From Polyangiales bacterium (GTDB lineage: Bacteria > Myxococcota_A > Polyangia > Polyangiales > Polyangiaceae), in the NCBI GenBank assembly GCA_038230375.1, contig JBBRNJ010000073.1:1-45674 (forward strand): DNA of 45,674 nt. Reading direction: 5' to 3'. The translations under genes and the position numbers were made by a program. Numbering within the stretch: position 1 is the first letter of the stretch; each line of letters begins with the position of its first letter. The notes under the pieces are model-generated. The model saw only the letters and a program-made list of their open reading frames with translations, was not told the DNA's origin and searched no databases. This document shows positions 1 through 12,140 of this stretch, one piece after another.

Positions 1-23
1 GGCGCAACGAGAAGTGTCGTCAC
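1..23 (-). CDS. 5' end of probable RelE/ParE-family toxin (truncated by window edge)
   Basis: GTG at 23 overlaps the antitoxin TGA (GTGA coupling) and reads MTTLLVA.., resembling RelE/ParE N-termini; only 7 codons visible. Confidence 0.35.
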
Positions 24-253
24 GGATCGCGATGGCGAAGCGCCGCGATGACCTTGTCTCCAGCGATCCCTTTGCCGGCGCGAAGCTCGTCGAAGGCGCC
101 TTCCAGCGCGCGTTGCAAGCGGCCCTGCTCCTCGGCGTCCAGCGAATCCTCATCGGCGGCGACAAGATCCAGCTCGGTGCCATCCGGCAGATCCGTCGGC
201 TCATCGACCAGAATGCGGCCGTTTTTCACGCGGGCACGGAGGGATGCGGACAT
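20..253 (-). CDS. Small putative antitoxin (DUF104/AF2212-like N-terminus)
   Basis: 77 aa MSASLRARVKNGRILVDEPTDLPDGTELDL followed by an acidic helical C-terminus; coupled to the downstream gene. Confidence 0.6.
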   Translation of the reverse strand: MSASLRARVKNGRILVDEPTDLPDGTELDLVAADEDSLDAEEQGRLQRALEGAFDELRAGKGIAGDKVIAALRHRDP

Positions 254-259
254 GAAGCA

Positions 260-291
260 ATCATAGCACCGCTGGCATTCGCCTCCAGCGG
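260..291 (-). promoter_or_regulatory. Extended -10 (TGcTATGAT) leaderless promoter with adjacent inverted repeat (possible TA operator)
   Basis: TATGAT at 265-260, 6 nt before ATG 253; CCGCTGG-N9-CCAGCGG at 269-291. Confidence 0.5.
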
Positions 292-426
292 AACGCAGTT
301 CGACCCGACAGCAGTGGGCAATCGCCATTGCGTCGCAGCATCGTGATCACCGTCCACCGCCGTTGCCCCCACGAGCGCTCAGATGATCTCCGCGAAGCTG
401 GTGCCGCGCAGGGGTCTACAGAAGGA

Positions 427-885
427 TCAGATCGCTGCGGTTCCGCGAAGAAGGGCTTCCAGGATTCGAGCAAGAGGGCCAACGTCATTGGAGGAGTGCC
501 AGGCCTCGTAGATCGCCTCATGGAGGGACGAAGGCTCGTGGGAAAGGGCGAGCGTCAGCGCGTCCATGGCGCGCGCCTTCCCGAACAGGTCGACCTGCTT
601 CGCGCTCGAACCTCGCCCTCTTGCGTCGTCATCTTCAGCAGCCACGAAGTACTCTTCGTCGATCACACCTGCCGCCGCACGGAGCCGCTCCAGGAGTGGC
701 AGCTCCGTCGTTCCGTCACGCAGCGCCTGGAGCCCCAGGTGAACGTCGGGAGTCGCGATGCCAGCGGCCGAGATCGCGAACTCTGCCGCGGCGGCGGCGG
801 CAGCCTGTTGAAGCCTCGGCGTCGCACGTCTGAACGCTTTGGCGATGTCCGGTGCGATCGAGTCAAGCCGCCACGTTTCACTCAT
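427..885 (-). CDS. Hypothetical helical protein (possible orphan immunity protein)
   Basis: 152 aa from ATG 885, with GGAGGGAG RBS; Ala-rich and helical; no motif firmly recognised. Confidence 0.6.
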   Translation of the reverse strand: MSETWRLDSIAPDIAKAFRRATPRLQQAAAAAAAEFAISAAGIATPDVHLGLQALRDGTTELPLLERLRAAAGVIDEEYFVAAEDDDARGRGSSAKQVDLFGKARAMDALTLALSHEPSSLHEAIYEAWHSSNDVGPLARILEALLRGTAAI

Positions 886-964
886 CGTCGCTTGCTCCCT
901 CCACAAAACCCGACTGCGCGCCCGGCTTTCGCTGAGCGCGCAGTGGTGAGAGTCGGAAGTCCCT

Positions 965-1006
965 CGCCGCCATGCGTGGCGCCGTGTGACGCCATGCGTG
1001 GCGGCG
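965..1006. terminator. GC-rich hairpin just downstream of prkA (terminator or REP-like)
   Basis: CGCCGCCATGCGTGGCG...CGCCATGCGTGGCGGCG imperfect inverted repeat built from two direct copies of CGCCATGCGTGGCG; no U-tract. Confidence 0.35.
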
Positions 1007-1013
1007 TGAAGGA

Positions 1014-3080
<2,067 letters not shown>

Positions 3081-3234
3081 GGCTTCGAGCGTATCGAGAA
3101 ACAAAGGTGATGACGAGACTTCTCGGGCGCAGTGCATCCGGGGGGTTACGTGAAAAAATAGCCACACCGGGATTGTTTCGGGCGGCGCCTCGGTTGTGCT
3201 GACGAAGAGGTGCGACAAGTGCGCAACACCTGCT

Positions 3235-3250
3235 CAGGCACAGGGATTGC
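3235..3250 (+). promoter_or_regulatory. Sigma54 -24/-12 promoter for the DUF6600 lipoprotein
   Basis: CAGGCACAGGGATTGC = GG-N10-GC with GGCAC and TTGC cores, 76 nt before ATG 3327. Confidence 0.6.
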
Positions 3251-3326
3251 GATTGTTTCAACTGACCGTCATGCAAAGCGGTCCGCAGACGTCTATTGTT
3301 AGGAGAGAGTTGAAAGGCCAGTCGTC

Positions 3327-4856
3327 ATGAAGCTCGCTAAGTCGGTCACCCTCGGAATGTTGCTCTCGGTCGCGCTTCTCGCCTGCGGCGGCGCTGAACC
3401 CGAGGCGCGATACCCCGATCCGCCGGCGCCCGTCGGTGAGTCACGCGGCCCCATGCCGCAGACCGCGCCTCCTGCCGAGACCGCTCCCACCGCTGCCGCG
3501 CAGCAGCCGACCCTGCAAAATGCACAGGTGGGTGGCGCCGAGATGGTGCAGGGGCAGGGCGACCTCCCGATCGGCGTGGACGACAGCGGCTACGCCGAGA
3601 CCGACCCCGCCGCGCTCCAGGATTTCCGCGAGCCGCTCGCTCCGTACGGTAACTGGGTCGAGGACGCGTCCTACGGCACCGTCTGGGTTCCTCGCAACGA
3701 GGTCGTCGGCAACGACTTCGCTCCTTACGTGAGCGGCGGTCACTGGGCCTACGAGGACGACTACGTCTGGGTCTCCGACTACGACTGGGGCTGGGCGCCC
3801 TTCCACTACGGCCGCTGGGTCTGGGCCGCCGGTCGCGGCTGGGCCTGGATCCCGGGCCGCACCTACGCAGGCGCGTGGGTCGTGTGGCGCACCGGTGGCT
3901 ACGGCTACGGCTACGTCGGCTGGGCTCCCGCGCCGCCGGCCTGGTACTGGTACGGCGGATATCCCGTCGCCGTCACCTACGTGCATCCCGTTCCGTACGT
4001 CTTCTGCGGCCGCGGTGATCTCTTCCATCCCGCAGTCGCCGGGCACCTGGTGACGGGAGGGCAGGTAGCGACCATCGGCGCCGCCACGCGTCCCTACACG
4101 CCTGCGACTCCCTCCGTGAACGGACACACCGCTGCGACTCCCTCCGTCAGCGGGCACACCGCGGCAAACCCGCAGGTGCAGGGCCACAGCCTTGGCCCCA
4201 ACCCGAAGACCGAGCTCGGCATCAACGACGCGCCGCGCGCACCGCAAGGCAACGCGCAGCTCGCGAAGGCGCAGGCGTACTCCACGCCGCACACCGCCGT
4301 GCCCCTTGGTGCACACGCGCCGAGCACCGGTGCCAGCAGCATGAGCAGCGCCACGACAGGCAATGGCGCTCCGCATCAGGTCGCCAGCATGCCCACGCGC
4401 GTGCCCAGCAATCCGTCCAGTCCGTCGCAGGGAACGCAGGGGAATCTGCCGCCGCGCCTTCGCGCAACTGCATCCTCGCCTCAGTACAACGGCATCGCGC
4501 CCACGCCGTACCGGCAAAGTACGACAATAGGCCGGACCGATCCGGGCGTTCCGCAGCGAAGCCCATCCTCCAGCGGCTCCGGCGGCTATACGGGATCGTC
4601 GGCGGCCAGCCAGTATGGCAGCACGTACGGCGGCTCCGGTCGCTCGTACTCGCCGCCACAGCAGGTCCACTCGTCGCCGTCGTACTCGGCGCCGTCGCAT
4701 CCCTCCACGCCGTCGGTCCACTCGTCGCCGTCGCCGTCTTACTCCCACTCGTACAGCGCGCCCTCGGCGCCGTCACACACGTATGGGGGCGGCTCGTCGC
4801 ACACGTCCAGCGCGCCTTCGCACTCGACTGGCAGCCGCGGCGGTGGCCGTCGCTGA
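3327..4856 (+). CDS. DUF6600-domain lipoprotein with Ser/Pro/His-rich tail
   Basis: Lipobox LLAC; FREPLAPYGNW..YGTVWVP..DWGWAPFHYGRW..WAWIPG..VGWAP aromatic motifs; disordered C-terminus. Confidence 0.8.
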   Translation: MKLAKSVTLGMLLSVALLACGGAEPEARYPDPPAPVGESRGPMPQTAPPAETAPTAAAQQPTLQNAQVGGAEMVQGQGDLPIGVDDSGYAETDPAALQDFREPLAPYGNWVEDASYGTVWVPRNEVVGNDFAPYVSGGHWAYEDDYVWVSDYDWGWAPFHYGRWVWAAGRGWAWIPGRTYAGAWVVWRTGGYGYGYVGWAPAPPAWYWYGGYPVAVTYVHPVPYVFCGRGDLFHPAVAGHLVTGGQVATIGAATRPYTPATPSVNGHTAATPSVSGHTAANPQVQGHSLGPNPKTELGINDAPRAPQGNAQLAKAQAYSTPHTAVPLGAHAPSTGASSMSSATTGNGAPHQVASMPTRVPSNPSSPSQGTQGNLPPRLRATASSPQYNGIAPTPYRQSTTIGRTDPGVPQRSPSSSGSGGYTGSSAASQYGSTYGGSGRSYSPPQQVHSSPSYSAPSHPSTPSVHSSPSPSYSHSYSAPSAPSHTYGGGSSHTSSAPSHSTGSRGGGRR

Positions 4857-4930
4857 GCTGGAGTGATTTCGCGGCTCGCCTCGCGCGAGCGGCATCTTCG
4901 TCGTAGAGTTTGAGAACAGGAGCTTTTCCG

Positions 4931-5572
4931 ATGCTGATCTTTCGCCCCTTTGCCGTAGCCGCCCCGCTCTCCGTTCTGGTCCTCACGCTTGCTGCAGGTT
5001 GCGTCGTGGAGAACAATCCCTCCGGCACGCAGCGCGGCAACACCGTGACCCCCACGCCAACCGCGGGCTCTGGCAGCAGCGGTGGCAGCGGCTCCACAGG
5101 CGGAGCCGGTGGAACGGGTGGTACGGGCGGAGCGATCGCGCCCATGCTCGTCGACGTCGACACCAACCAGACCATGTCTGCCTCACCCGGGGATGGCGTC
5201 GGCGTCTTCGTCGAGTACAAGGCCGGCGGCAACTGGCACGTCTGGTGGACCTGCGACACGAACAAGTCCTCGCAGTCGTGCAACTTCGTCGTGAAGCTCT
5301 CCGCGGGCGCGCCGCTCCAGAACCTGCAGACCACGGGCAGCGCGCAGGCAAGCAGCGCCGACCCGGGCGTGACCACCTTCACCACGGTCACGGGCGCCAC
5401 GATCGACGGCGCCACCTTCGCCACTGCCGCGGGCGACGTGCTCACGCTTGACGCGTCCGTCGACGGGCTCGCGGATGGCTCGTTTGTCTTCTTCGTGCAA
5501 GAGGGCAAGGTCAACGGTGGCTTCACCGGCAAGCTCACGAACCCGCTCAAGCTGGAAGGCAAGCTGCCCTAG
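4931..5572 (+). CDS. Hypothetical lipoprotein
   Basis: AGGAG RBS, lipobox AAGC, Gly/Ser/Thr linker, beta-rich domain. Confidence 0.75.
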   Translation: MLIFRPFAVAAPLSVLVLTLAAGCVVENNPSGTQRGNTVTPTPTAGSGSSGGSGSTGGAGGTGGTGGAIAPMLVDVDTNQTMSASPGDGVGVFVEYKAGGNWHVWWTCDTNKSSQSCNFVVKLSAGAPLQNLQTTGSAQASSADPGVTTFTTVTGATIDGATFATAAGDVLTLDASVDGLADGSFVFFVQEGKVNGGFTGKLTNPLKLEGKLP

Positions 5573-5573
5573 C

Positions 5574-6056
5574 GTGCGAGTTGTCATCGGCCTGGGGGCG
5601 AATCTCGGCGAGCGCATCGAGAGCCTCCGCGCGGCCGTCATGGAGCTCACCGACGTGCCAGGCGTGCGCGTGCTCGCGCGCTCCAAGGTGTACGAGACCG
5701 CAGCCGTCGGCCCGCCGCAGCCCGACTATCTCAACGCGGCAATACTTGTAGAATGCACACGTCCACTGGACGAGCTCATGACATCGCTGCTCGAAGTAGA
5801 GCGAGGCCTGGGCAGAGAGCGACGCGAGCGCTGGGGTCCTCGCACGATCGACCTCGACATCCTCTGGGCCGAAGACACGGTCCTCGCCACGCCACACCTC
5901 ACCGTCCCGCACGCGCACCTCCACGAGCGAGCCTTCGCAGTGAAGCCGCTCCTGGACGTTGTCCCCGACGCCACGGACCCGAACACCAGAGCCCTCTACG
6001 CCGACCTGGTCCTCCCAGACGCGGCAGACGTGCGCCTGGCCACCACCACTCTCTGA
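5574..6056 (+). CDS. folK: 2-amino-4-hydroxy-6-hydroxymethyldihydropteridine diphosphokinase
   Basis: IGLGANLG, YETAAVG..YLNAA, RWGPRTIDLDIL, LTVPH..ERAF. Confidence 0.95.
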   Translation: MRVVIGLGANLGERIESLRAAVMELTDVPGVRVLARSKVYETAAVGPPQPDYLNAAILVECTRPLDELMTSLLEVERGLGRERRERWGPRTIDLDILWAEDTVLATPHLTVPHAHLHERAFAVKPLLDVVPDATDPNTRALYADLVLPDAADVRLATTTL

Positions 6057-6110
6057 GCCGCTCTCCGCCGAAAATCTGACTTCCCTTGCGTGGCTCCGTA
6101 CCCTTCGGGA

Positions 6111-7166
6111 ATGCACGAATCCGCGCAGCCCCGAGGCACGCAGCAACACCGCGACGCGCCGACCACGACTGCCGATGAGGGGACGGATGGCGCCAGCGTC
6201 ATCCTTGGCTTCATCATCGGGCTCGTCCTCTACGCGTTCCTTCGCTGGGTCATTCGCGGCTTCTACTCCGTGAACCAGAACGAGCGCGCCGTGAAGACGT
6301 CGTTCGGCCGCGCGCAGCGGCTGCCCGGCACCACGCTGGACTCCGGCATTGCCGCGGCCATGCGCCCCGACGAGCGCGAGCGCTACGCGTATCCGCAGCT
6401 CGCTGTGATCCAGCCGGGTGGTCCGTACTTCAAGTTCCCGTGGGAGAGGGTCTACAAGGTCAGCGTTGCCACGGAGACCATGAGCATGGCGCTCGATCCC
6501 GAGTACCCGATGATGAACCAGAACGGCATGGTGCTCGAGGCCATCACGAAGGACCAGCTCAACACCGGCCTCACCGGGCAGCTCCGCTACCACGTGTCCG
6601 AGCAGAACCTGTACGCGTACCTCTTCGGCATCAAGAAGCCCCTCACGCACGTCATGGGCTACTTCCACGCGATCCTGCGCGGGCGCATCGCCAACTTCGA
6701 GTCGCCGCAAGCGCAGAACCCGGACGAGCGCCTGGCGAACGTGACGGGTGTCAGCATCAATGATCTGCGCAAGAACCTGCGCGATCTGAACGACACCATG
6801 GACCGCGAATGCGCGACGTCTGCAGCGCGCTACGGCATCTCGCTCGACGCGTCGCTCATCACGAGCATCGATCCGCCGCAGGACGTGGAGGCCGCGCTCG
6901 CCGCGATCAACACGGCGCACAACCACGTGTCGTCCGAGATCAGCCTGGCGCAAGCCGCGGCGGACCAGCGAATCGTGCAGAGCCATCGCGCCGTCGAGAT
7001 CGCAACGCTCTCCGCGCAGGCAGAGGTGGAGCCGCTGGTGTCGCTCGCCCGTCAGCTGGTGCCGCTGCGCGCGCAGGGCCCGGGCGCGCTGAATGCGTAC
7101 GTGCGCAACGTGCGCCTCTCGCTCTACTCGAAGGTGAAGCGCGCGGTCTTGCGGGTGGCGGCGTGA
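6111..7166 (+). CDS. SPFH/band 7 domain membrane protein
   Basis: N-terminal TM; YSVNQNERAVKTSFG, PGGPYFKFPW, ITSIDPPQDVEAAL, Ala-rich coiled coil; TACCCT-N6 before ATG 6111. Confidence 0.85.
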   Translation: MHESAQPRGTQQHRDAPTTTADEGTDGASVILGFIIGLVLYAFLRWVIRGFYSVNQNERAVKTSFGRAQRLPGTTLDSGIAAAMRPDERERYAYPQLAVIQPGGPYFKFPWERVYKVSVATETMSMALDPEYPMMNQNGMVLEAITKDQLNTGLTGQLRYHVSEQNLYAYLFGIKKPLTHVMGYFHAILRGRIANFESPQAQNPDERLANVTGVSINDLRKNLRDLNDTMDRECATSAARYGISLDASLITSIDPPQDVEAALAAINTAHNHVSSEISLAQAAADQRIVQSHRAVEIATLSAQAEVEPLVSLARQLVPLRAQGPGALNAYVRNVRLSLYSKVKRAVLRVAA

Positions 7167-7179
7167 AGAGGGGGAATCC

Positions 7180-8091
7180 ATGAGCTTCGTCGTCACTGTC
7201 ATCGTCACGTTCATCGGATGCTTCCTCACGGGGTGGTTCATCCGCTTCTTCTGGCGGCTCTTCGGCCTGTACACGATCGTGCAAGAGGGCACCGCGAACG
7301 TGTACGTGCTCTTCGGCAAGGTCCTTGGCGTCATCGCCGAGCCTGGCCTGCACTCACCGCTTCTTCGCTTTGGTCCCGCGGCGCTGGTCGTGAACCTGTT
7401 CGGAAAGTGCTCGGTCGTCGACCTTCGGCTCGACCAGGAGTACCTGCGCAGTCAGCCCGTGAACTCCGAGGAAGGCGCACCCATGGGCGTCGGCATCTGG
7501 TTCGAGATGGCGATCAACGATCCCGTCGCATACCTCTTCAAGAACGCGGACCCGCGTGGCTCGCTGCGCGCGAACGTGTCGAACGCCGCCGTGCGCTGCC
7601 TCTCCAACATGCCGCTCGGCACGATGCTCGGCGATCGTCACACCATGAGCCAGGCGGTGCGGCTCGAGGTCTCCGCCAAGAGCGAGGAGTGGGGCTACCG
7701 CTCCGGCTCCGTCTACGTGCGCAAGGTGCACTTCCGCGACGCAGAGATGATGCGTCAGATCGAAGGCAAGGTCGTGAACCGCCTTCGTCAGGTGACGTCG
7801 AGCATCCAGCAGGACGGCACGAACCAGGTGAACATCATCCGCACGACAGCCGAACGCACGGCGGCCGTGGAGTTCGCGAAGGCGGCCGCGCTGCGCCCGC
7901 AGATCGTCGGAGAGGCGCTCCGCGAGGTGGGCAACGACGAGGAGATCTCGCGCGCCCTCTTCGACATCCTGGAGCTGCAGCGTCTCTACGACTCCGGCTG
8001 CGAGCTCACGCTCGTGCCTGCCGGCTTCGAGCTGGCCACGCAGATGATGGCCACCGCGCCAGCGACCGTGCGCACCCCGCCCGCCCGATAG
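7180..8091 (+). CDS. SPFH/band 7 domain membrane protein (second subunit)
   Basis: GAGGGG RBS; TM helix; YVLFGKV..EPGLH; C-terminal coiled coil. Confidence 0.85.
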   Translation: MSFVVTVIVTFIGCFLTGWFIRFFWRLFGLYTIVQEGTANVYVLFGKVLGVIAEPGLHSPLLRFGPAALVVNLFGKCSVVDLRLDQEYLRSQPVNSEEGAPMGVGIWFEMAINDPVAYLFKNADPRGSLRANVSNAAVRCLSNMPLGTMLGDRHTMSQAVRLEVSAKSEEWGYRSGSVYVRKVHFRDAEMMRQIEGKVVNRLRQVTSSIQQDGTNQVNIIRTTAERTAAVEFAKAAALRPQIVGEALREVGNDEEISRALFDILELQRLYDSGCELTLVPAGFELATQMMATAPATVRTPPAR

Positions 8092-8167
8092 GCGAGAGAG
8101 CGACAGCTCAGGCGGCCCGCGAAACCGCACGAACGGCGCGCCCGGCGGCCGAATTGTACCATCGTGG

Positions 8168-9070
8168 GTGGACGCATGGCGCGAACGTGTCCAGACTGAA
8201 GAGGTGGAGCATCGCATCCCGCAACCGGCGCCACGCGTCTCGCGCACCGAGCACGCGGAGAAGCACGTCACCGTGCTGGACGGCATCCGTCTGCGCTACA
8301 TCGATGTGGGCGAGCGCACCGACGAACCGCCGCTGCTCCTGCTCCACGGCCTTGCCTCGCGCATCGAAGAGTACGACGAGCTGCTCCGCCTGCTCGGCAA
8401 AGGACGCCGCACGATCGTCGTGGATTTGCCGGGCAACGGCTACTCCGACAAACCGGATCGCGCATACTCACTCTCGCTGATGGAGGACGCCACGCTGGCG
8501 CTCCTCGATCACCTCAAGATCGACCGCCTGAACGTCGCGGGCGGAAGCCTGGGCGGCAACCTCACGCTGCGCCTTGGCGATCGTCAGCCGCAGCGGTTCG
8601 CCAAGCTGGCCGCGTGGGCGCCTGCAGGCGCGTGGGATCCGAAGCGCATCTGGCCGTGGTTCTTGCACGCAATGCCCATGCGTCTTCTCTTCTGGCCCGT
8701 GCTCAAGGTGCAGTCGCGCTTCTGGTACCACCCGAAGTGGAAGGGCCGGACGAAGGCGCTCGCGAACGCCTGGGCCCACTTCAAGGAGATCTACTGCGCG
8801 GGCTTCGTGCGCATGTATGCGGACCTCGCGTACGAGCAGGTCACCACGTCGCTCTACCCGATCGCGCCGCGCATCAAGCAGCCTGTCTTTCTTGGATGGG
8901 GCGATCAGGATCACGGGCTCGACATGGGCACCGGCATCAAGCGCCTCTCCAAGCTCCTTCCCGATTCGCGCCTCGTCGTCTTTCCGGACGCGCGCCACTC
9001 GCTCGCCAACGAAGTGCCGGGCGATCTCGCGCTCGCGGTGGACTCGTTCCTCCGCGGCCGCCCGGCGTGA
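8168..9070 (+). CDS. Alpha/beta fold hydrolase
   Basis: LLLLHG, DLPGNGYSD, nucleophile GGSLGG, WGDQD, catalytic His in ARHS. Confidence 0.9.
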   Translation: MDAWRERVQTEEVEHRIPQPAPRVSRTEHAEKHVTVLDGIRLRYIDVGERTDEPPLLLLHGLASRIEEYDELLRLLGKGRRTIVVDLPGNGYSDKPDRAYSLSLMEDATLALLDHLKIDRLNVAGGSLGGNLTLRLGDRQPQRFAKLAAWAPAGAWDPKRIWPWFLHAMPMRLLFWPVLKVQSRFWYHPKWKGRTKALANAWAHFKEIYCAGFVRMYADLAYEQVTTSLYPIAPRIKQPVFLGWGDQDHGLDMGTGIKRLSKLLPDSRLVVFPDARHSLANEVPGDLALAVDSFLRGRPA

Positions 9071-9077
9071 CGGCAGC

Positions 9078-9737
9078 TCAGAAGGTCAGCGCGCCTCCGC
9101 CCTTTGCGACGCGCGCGCCGTCTGGACACCCGAAGACTGTGCTCTTGCCGAGGAGCCACATGGGCACTCCGACCGCGAGCATGAGCACGCCCGCGCCAAG
9201 GATGCCTGCGCCCAGGCCGCGGACGGTGTCCTCGGCGCTGGTGTTCGTGATGCTTCCGGCATAGACGAGCGGGACCACACCGATGGCCGCAAAGAGAGCG
9301 CCTGTGGTCGTCAGGCCGAGCCCGATGTTGTAGGCCGGTCCCGAGCCAGCGCTCACCTGCAGTCGCAGGTCCTTGCGCTGGGCCGGTAGTACGAACTCAC
9401 GCGACGGCGCCACGCCAACGCCGCCCACGCGAAAGATCGCGTTCGGGTCGACCTTGACGTTGCATGGCGCGACGCAGACGGGCTCCCACTGCTGGGTGGA
9501 GGTGTAGACGGGCACGCCGAGCGTTGTCTGCCAGCCCTCGACGGCGTTCACGCGATGTTCGATCACGACGCCAACCCTGTCAGCCGTGACGGCCATGTTG
9601 ACCTTCGGCTTGTCGTCGTCGTCAGCGGCCTGCGCGACTCCCGACGCAAGCAGAGGCGCCATGGCGGCGACGAGAGCGCTGGCCACGCGCAGTCGCGCGC
9701 TCGTGCTGACTGCGGCCGGTCTCCTTGACGTGCTCAC
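9078..9737 (-). CDS. Hypothetical exported/membrane protein
   Basis: Signal peptide ending AQA, CVAPC beta domain, two C-terminal hydrophobic helices; start uncertain, and the ORF-track extension to 10337 is a repeat artefact. Confidence 0.65.
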   Translation of the reverse strand: MSTSRRPAAVSTSARLRVASALVAAMAPLLASGVAQAADDDDKPKVNMAVTADRVGVVIEHRVNAVEGWQTTLGVPVYTSTQQWEPVCVAPCNVKVDPNAIFRVGGVGVAPSREFVLPAQRKDLRLQVSAGSGPAYNIGLGLTTTGALFAAIGVVPLVYAGSITNTSAEDTVRGLGAGILGAGVLMLAVGVPMWLLGKSTVFGCPDGARVAKGGGALTF

Positions 9738-9790
9738 AGACTCGGGGTTACTCGAACTGTGGGCCAAGGCAAGCCAGATCCGGGCGCACC

Positions 9791-10371
<581 letters not shown>

Positions 10372-10375
<4 letters not shown>

Positions 10376-10989
10376 CTCATCGCCGCTTGTGGGCCCGTGA
10401 TCTTCGTCTCCTTGCCGTTCGCGATTCCGCCCACCTTGAAGGTGTCGCTGTCGCCGTTGGCGTCGCCTCTCGCGATACCCGTGAAGGTCGCGCCGATCGC
10501 GGCCGTATGCGCCGTGGAGCTGTAGTCGTACTGGAAATGCTGCGGGTACTTCATCTCCCAGCCGATGCACGCGAAGCCAGCCTTGCGGTCCGTGTCCGCG
10601 TGATAGTCGCGACCGGGCGAGGGATCGGCGGTGTAGCCCGTTCTCGATCGCAGGGGGACGAACGTCGGGACTGGAGCGGTGGCGCTGGAGCAGAAGTCAT
10701 CCGCGCCTGATTGCTCACGCTGGGCGATGGCTGCCGTCGCGATCTCACCGAGGCTGTTCATGGCCTCGGCGCCGCGCACGGCCTCGAGCCGCTTGCGGAA
10801 CCCAACGATCGCGAGCACCGCCAGGATCGCGAGCACTGCGATAGCCACCATGATGGCGACCAACGGCGCGGGGAGCGCAGCCTTCGTACGCAGGTGCTCG
10901 TCGGTGCGTGGCGCGTTGCCCAGCGTCGATGGCGCGGCGCCGAAGCCTCCTGGCGGCGGTCTGCGCTGCTCTACCGGCTCGTCACCCAT
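10372..10989 (-). CDS. Type IV pilin-like protein without prepilin cleavage motif
   Basis: Hydrophobic helix ..IAVLAILAVLAIVGFRK..AEAMNSLGEI; head with C..ATAPVP, GFACIGW, FQYDY, FTGIARGDANGD as in myxobacterial pilins. Confidence 0.7.
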
Positions 10990-11027
10990 GGCGCCATTCT
11001 AGCCGCGATTTCTCGGATGCGCGTGTG

Positions 11028-12140
11028 TCATTGGGTCGTGGTCCGCGCGTGCAGCATGTCGGCCGTGCGGCCCAGCACATCATCGGTCATGCGCAACTGC
11101 ATGTCGCCGCTGGCCTTGTCCGAAGCGATGATGCGATCGAGCTTGTCCGCTGCCGCCGCGTCGCCCTGCGGCGCCAGATGCTCCGTGACTAGCACTGTCA
11201 CGCTGGGGCTCACCTTCCTGTAGGCGGCGAGCATCGCGGCTCGTCTGGCGTCCGACTTTGGAAGATGGACCAGCGCGGAGGCCACGACGGTTCGCGTTGC
11301 GTCGTCTCTGGCGGCGGCGAGCCGTTGCAGGAGAAGACCGCGCGCATCCGGACCAGCGACGTAGACCAGCGACTCGGCGATGCGCGAGAGCCCCTGGCCC
11401 TCCGGATACGCCAGGTACAACGCGCCCAGTGTCCGGTCCGTCCCGTTCATCGCCGCGAGCAGCGCGATCTCCGACTCCCTGGATCTAACGACCAGCGCGC
11501 CGCGCAGCACGGGATAAAGGTCGCGCTTCTGTGGGGTGAGGAGTGCTGTGACCAGCACAGTTGCAGCACCTGCCGGCGCGAGCTCGCGCAGCAGCTGCGC
11601 GCTGGTCAACTGGTGGAACTCGAGCTGATCCATCACGAGCGCAGAATCACTTGGATCCGCGATCGGCAGCTTCAACAGCTCCATCGCCTTCGGTCCCCAC
11701 GATGGATCCTTCACCGTGACCACAGCGTCGTGGAGATCCTTCACGAGGTTGATGGACCGCGCGCTCGAAGGACGGAACGACTCGAAGCAATTCCAGAGCG
11801 CCTCCACAAGCGCCGGATCCCGCAGCCCACCAGCCCGCGCAAGATCGATCGTGCCCCGGAGCGCCGCGCTCACGTCGCTGTCGTGGTCACCGCGTTCGCA
11901 ACCAACGAAAGCATGGGTGGAGGCGGAGGTCGAGGTGGAGGTGGAGGTCGGGGTCGAGGTCGAGGTCGAGGTCGAGGTCGAGGTGGAGGTCGAGGTCGGG
12001 GTCGAGGTCGAGGTCGAAGTCGAAGTCGAGGTCGAGGTCGAAGTCGAAGTCGACGTCGGAGTCGCTGTCGCAATCGGCGTCGCTGGCGTTCCGCACGCTG
12101 CTATCAGCCCCGCGAGTGCCAGGACCCTGCGAACGCTCAT
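11028..12140 (-). CDS. Lipoprotein with Thr-Ser linker; shortened paralogue of the 14088-15833 HEAT-like lipoprotein
   Basis: Lipobox IAAC; LVEALWNCFESF..SINLVKDL..SWGPKAME aligns with LVDALWSCFAKF..SINLVTDL..SWGPKAVE. Confidence 0.8.
   Translation of the reverse strand: MSVRRVLALAGLIAACGTPATPIATATPTSTSTSTSTSTSTSTSTSTPTSTSTSTSTSTSTSTPTSTSTSTSASTHAFVGCERGDHDSDVSAALRGTIDLARAGGLRDPALVEALWNCFESFRPSSARSINLVKDLHDAVVTVKDPSWGPKAMELLKLPIADPSDSALVMDQLEFHQLTSAQLLRELAPAGAATVLVTALLTPQKRDLYPVLRGALVVRSRESEIALLAAMNGTDRTLGALYLAYPEGQGLSRIAESLVYVAGPDARGLLLQRLAAARDDATRTVVASALVHLPKSDARRAAMLAAYRKVSPSVTVLVTEHLAPQGDAAAADKLDRIIASDKASGDMQLRMTDDVLGRTADMLHARTTTQ
11926..12063. repeat. Hexamer microsatellite (GAGGTC-like) x23
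   Basis: Directly visible; encodes (TS)n on the minus strand. Confidence 0.95.

Noticed and set aside
6176..6273. GAGGGG plus ATG 6187 suggesting a frameshifted SPFH start
   Set aside because: ATG 6111 is in frame and has a -10 at leaderless spacing, so no frameshift is needed
5547..7334. Long antisense ORFs (this 595-aa one and many similar)
   Set aside because: Typical high-GC shadow ORFs opposite well-supported genes
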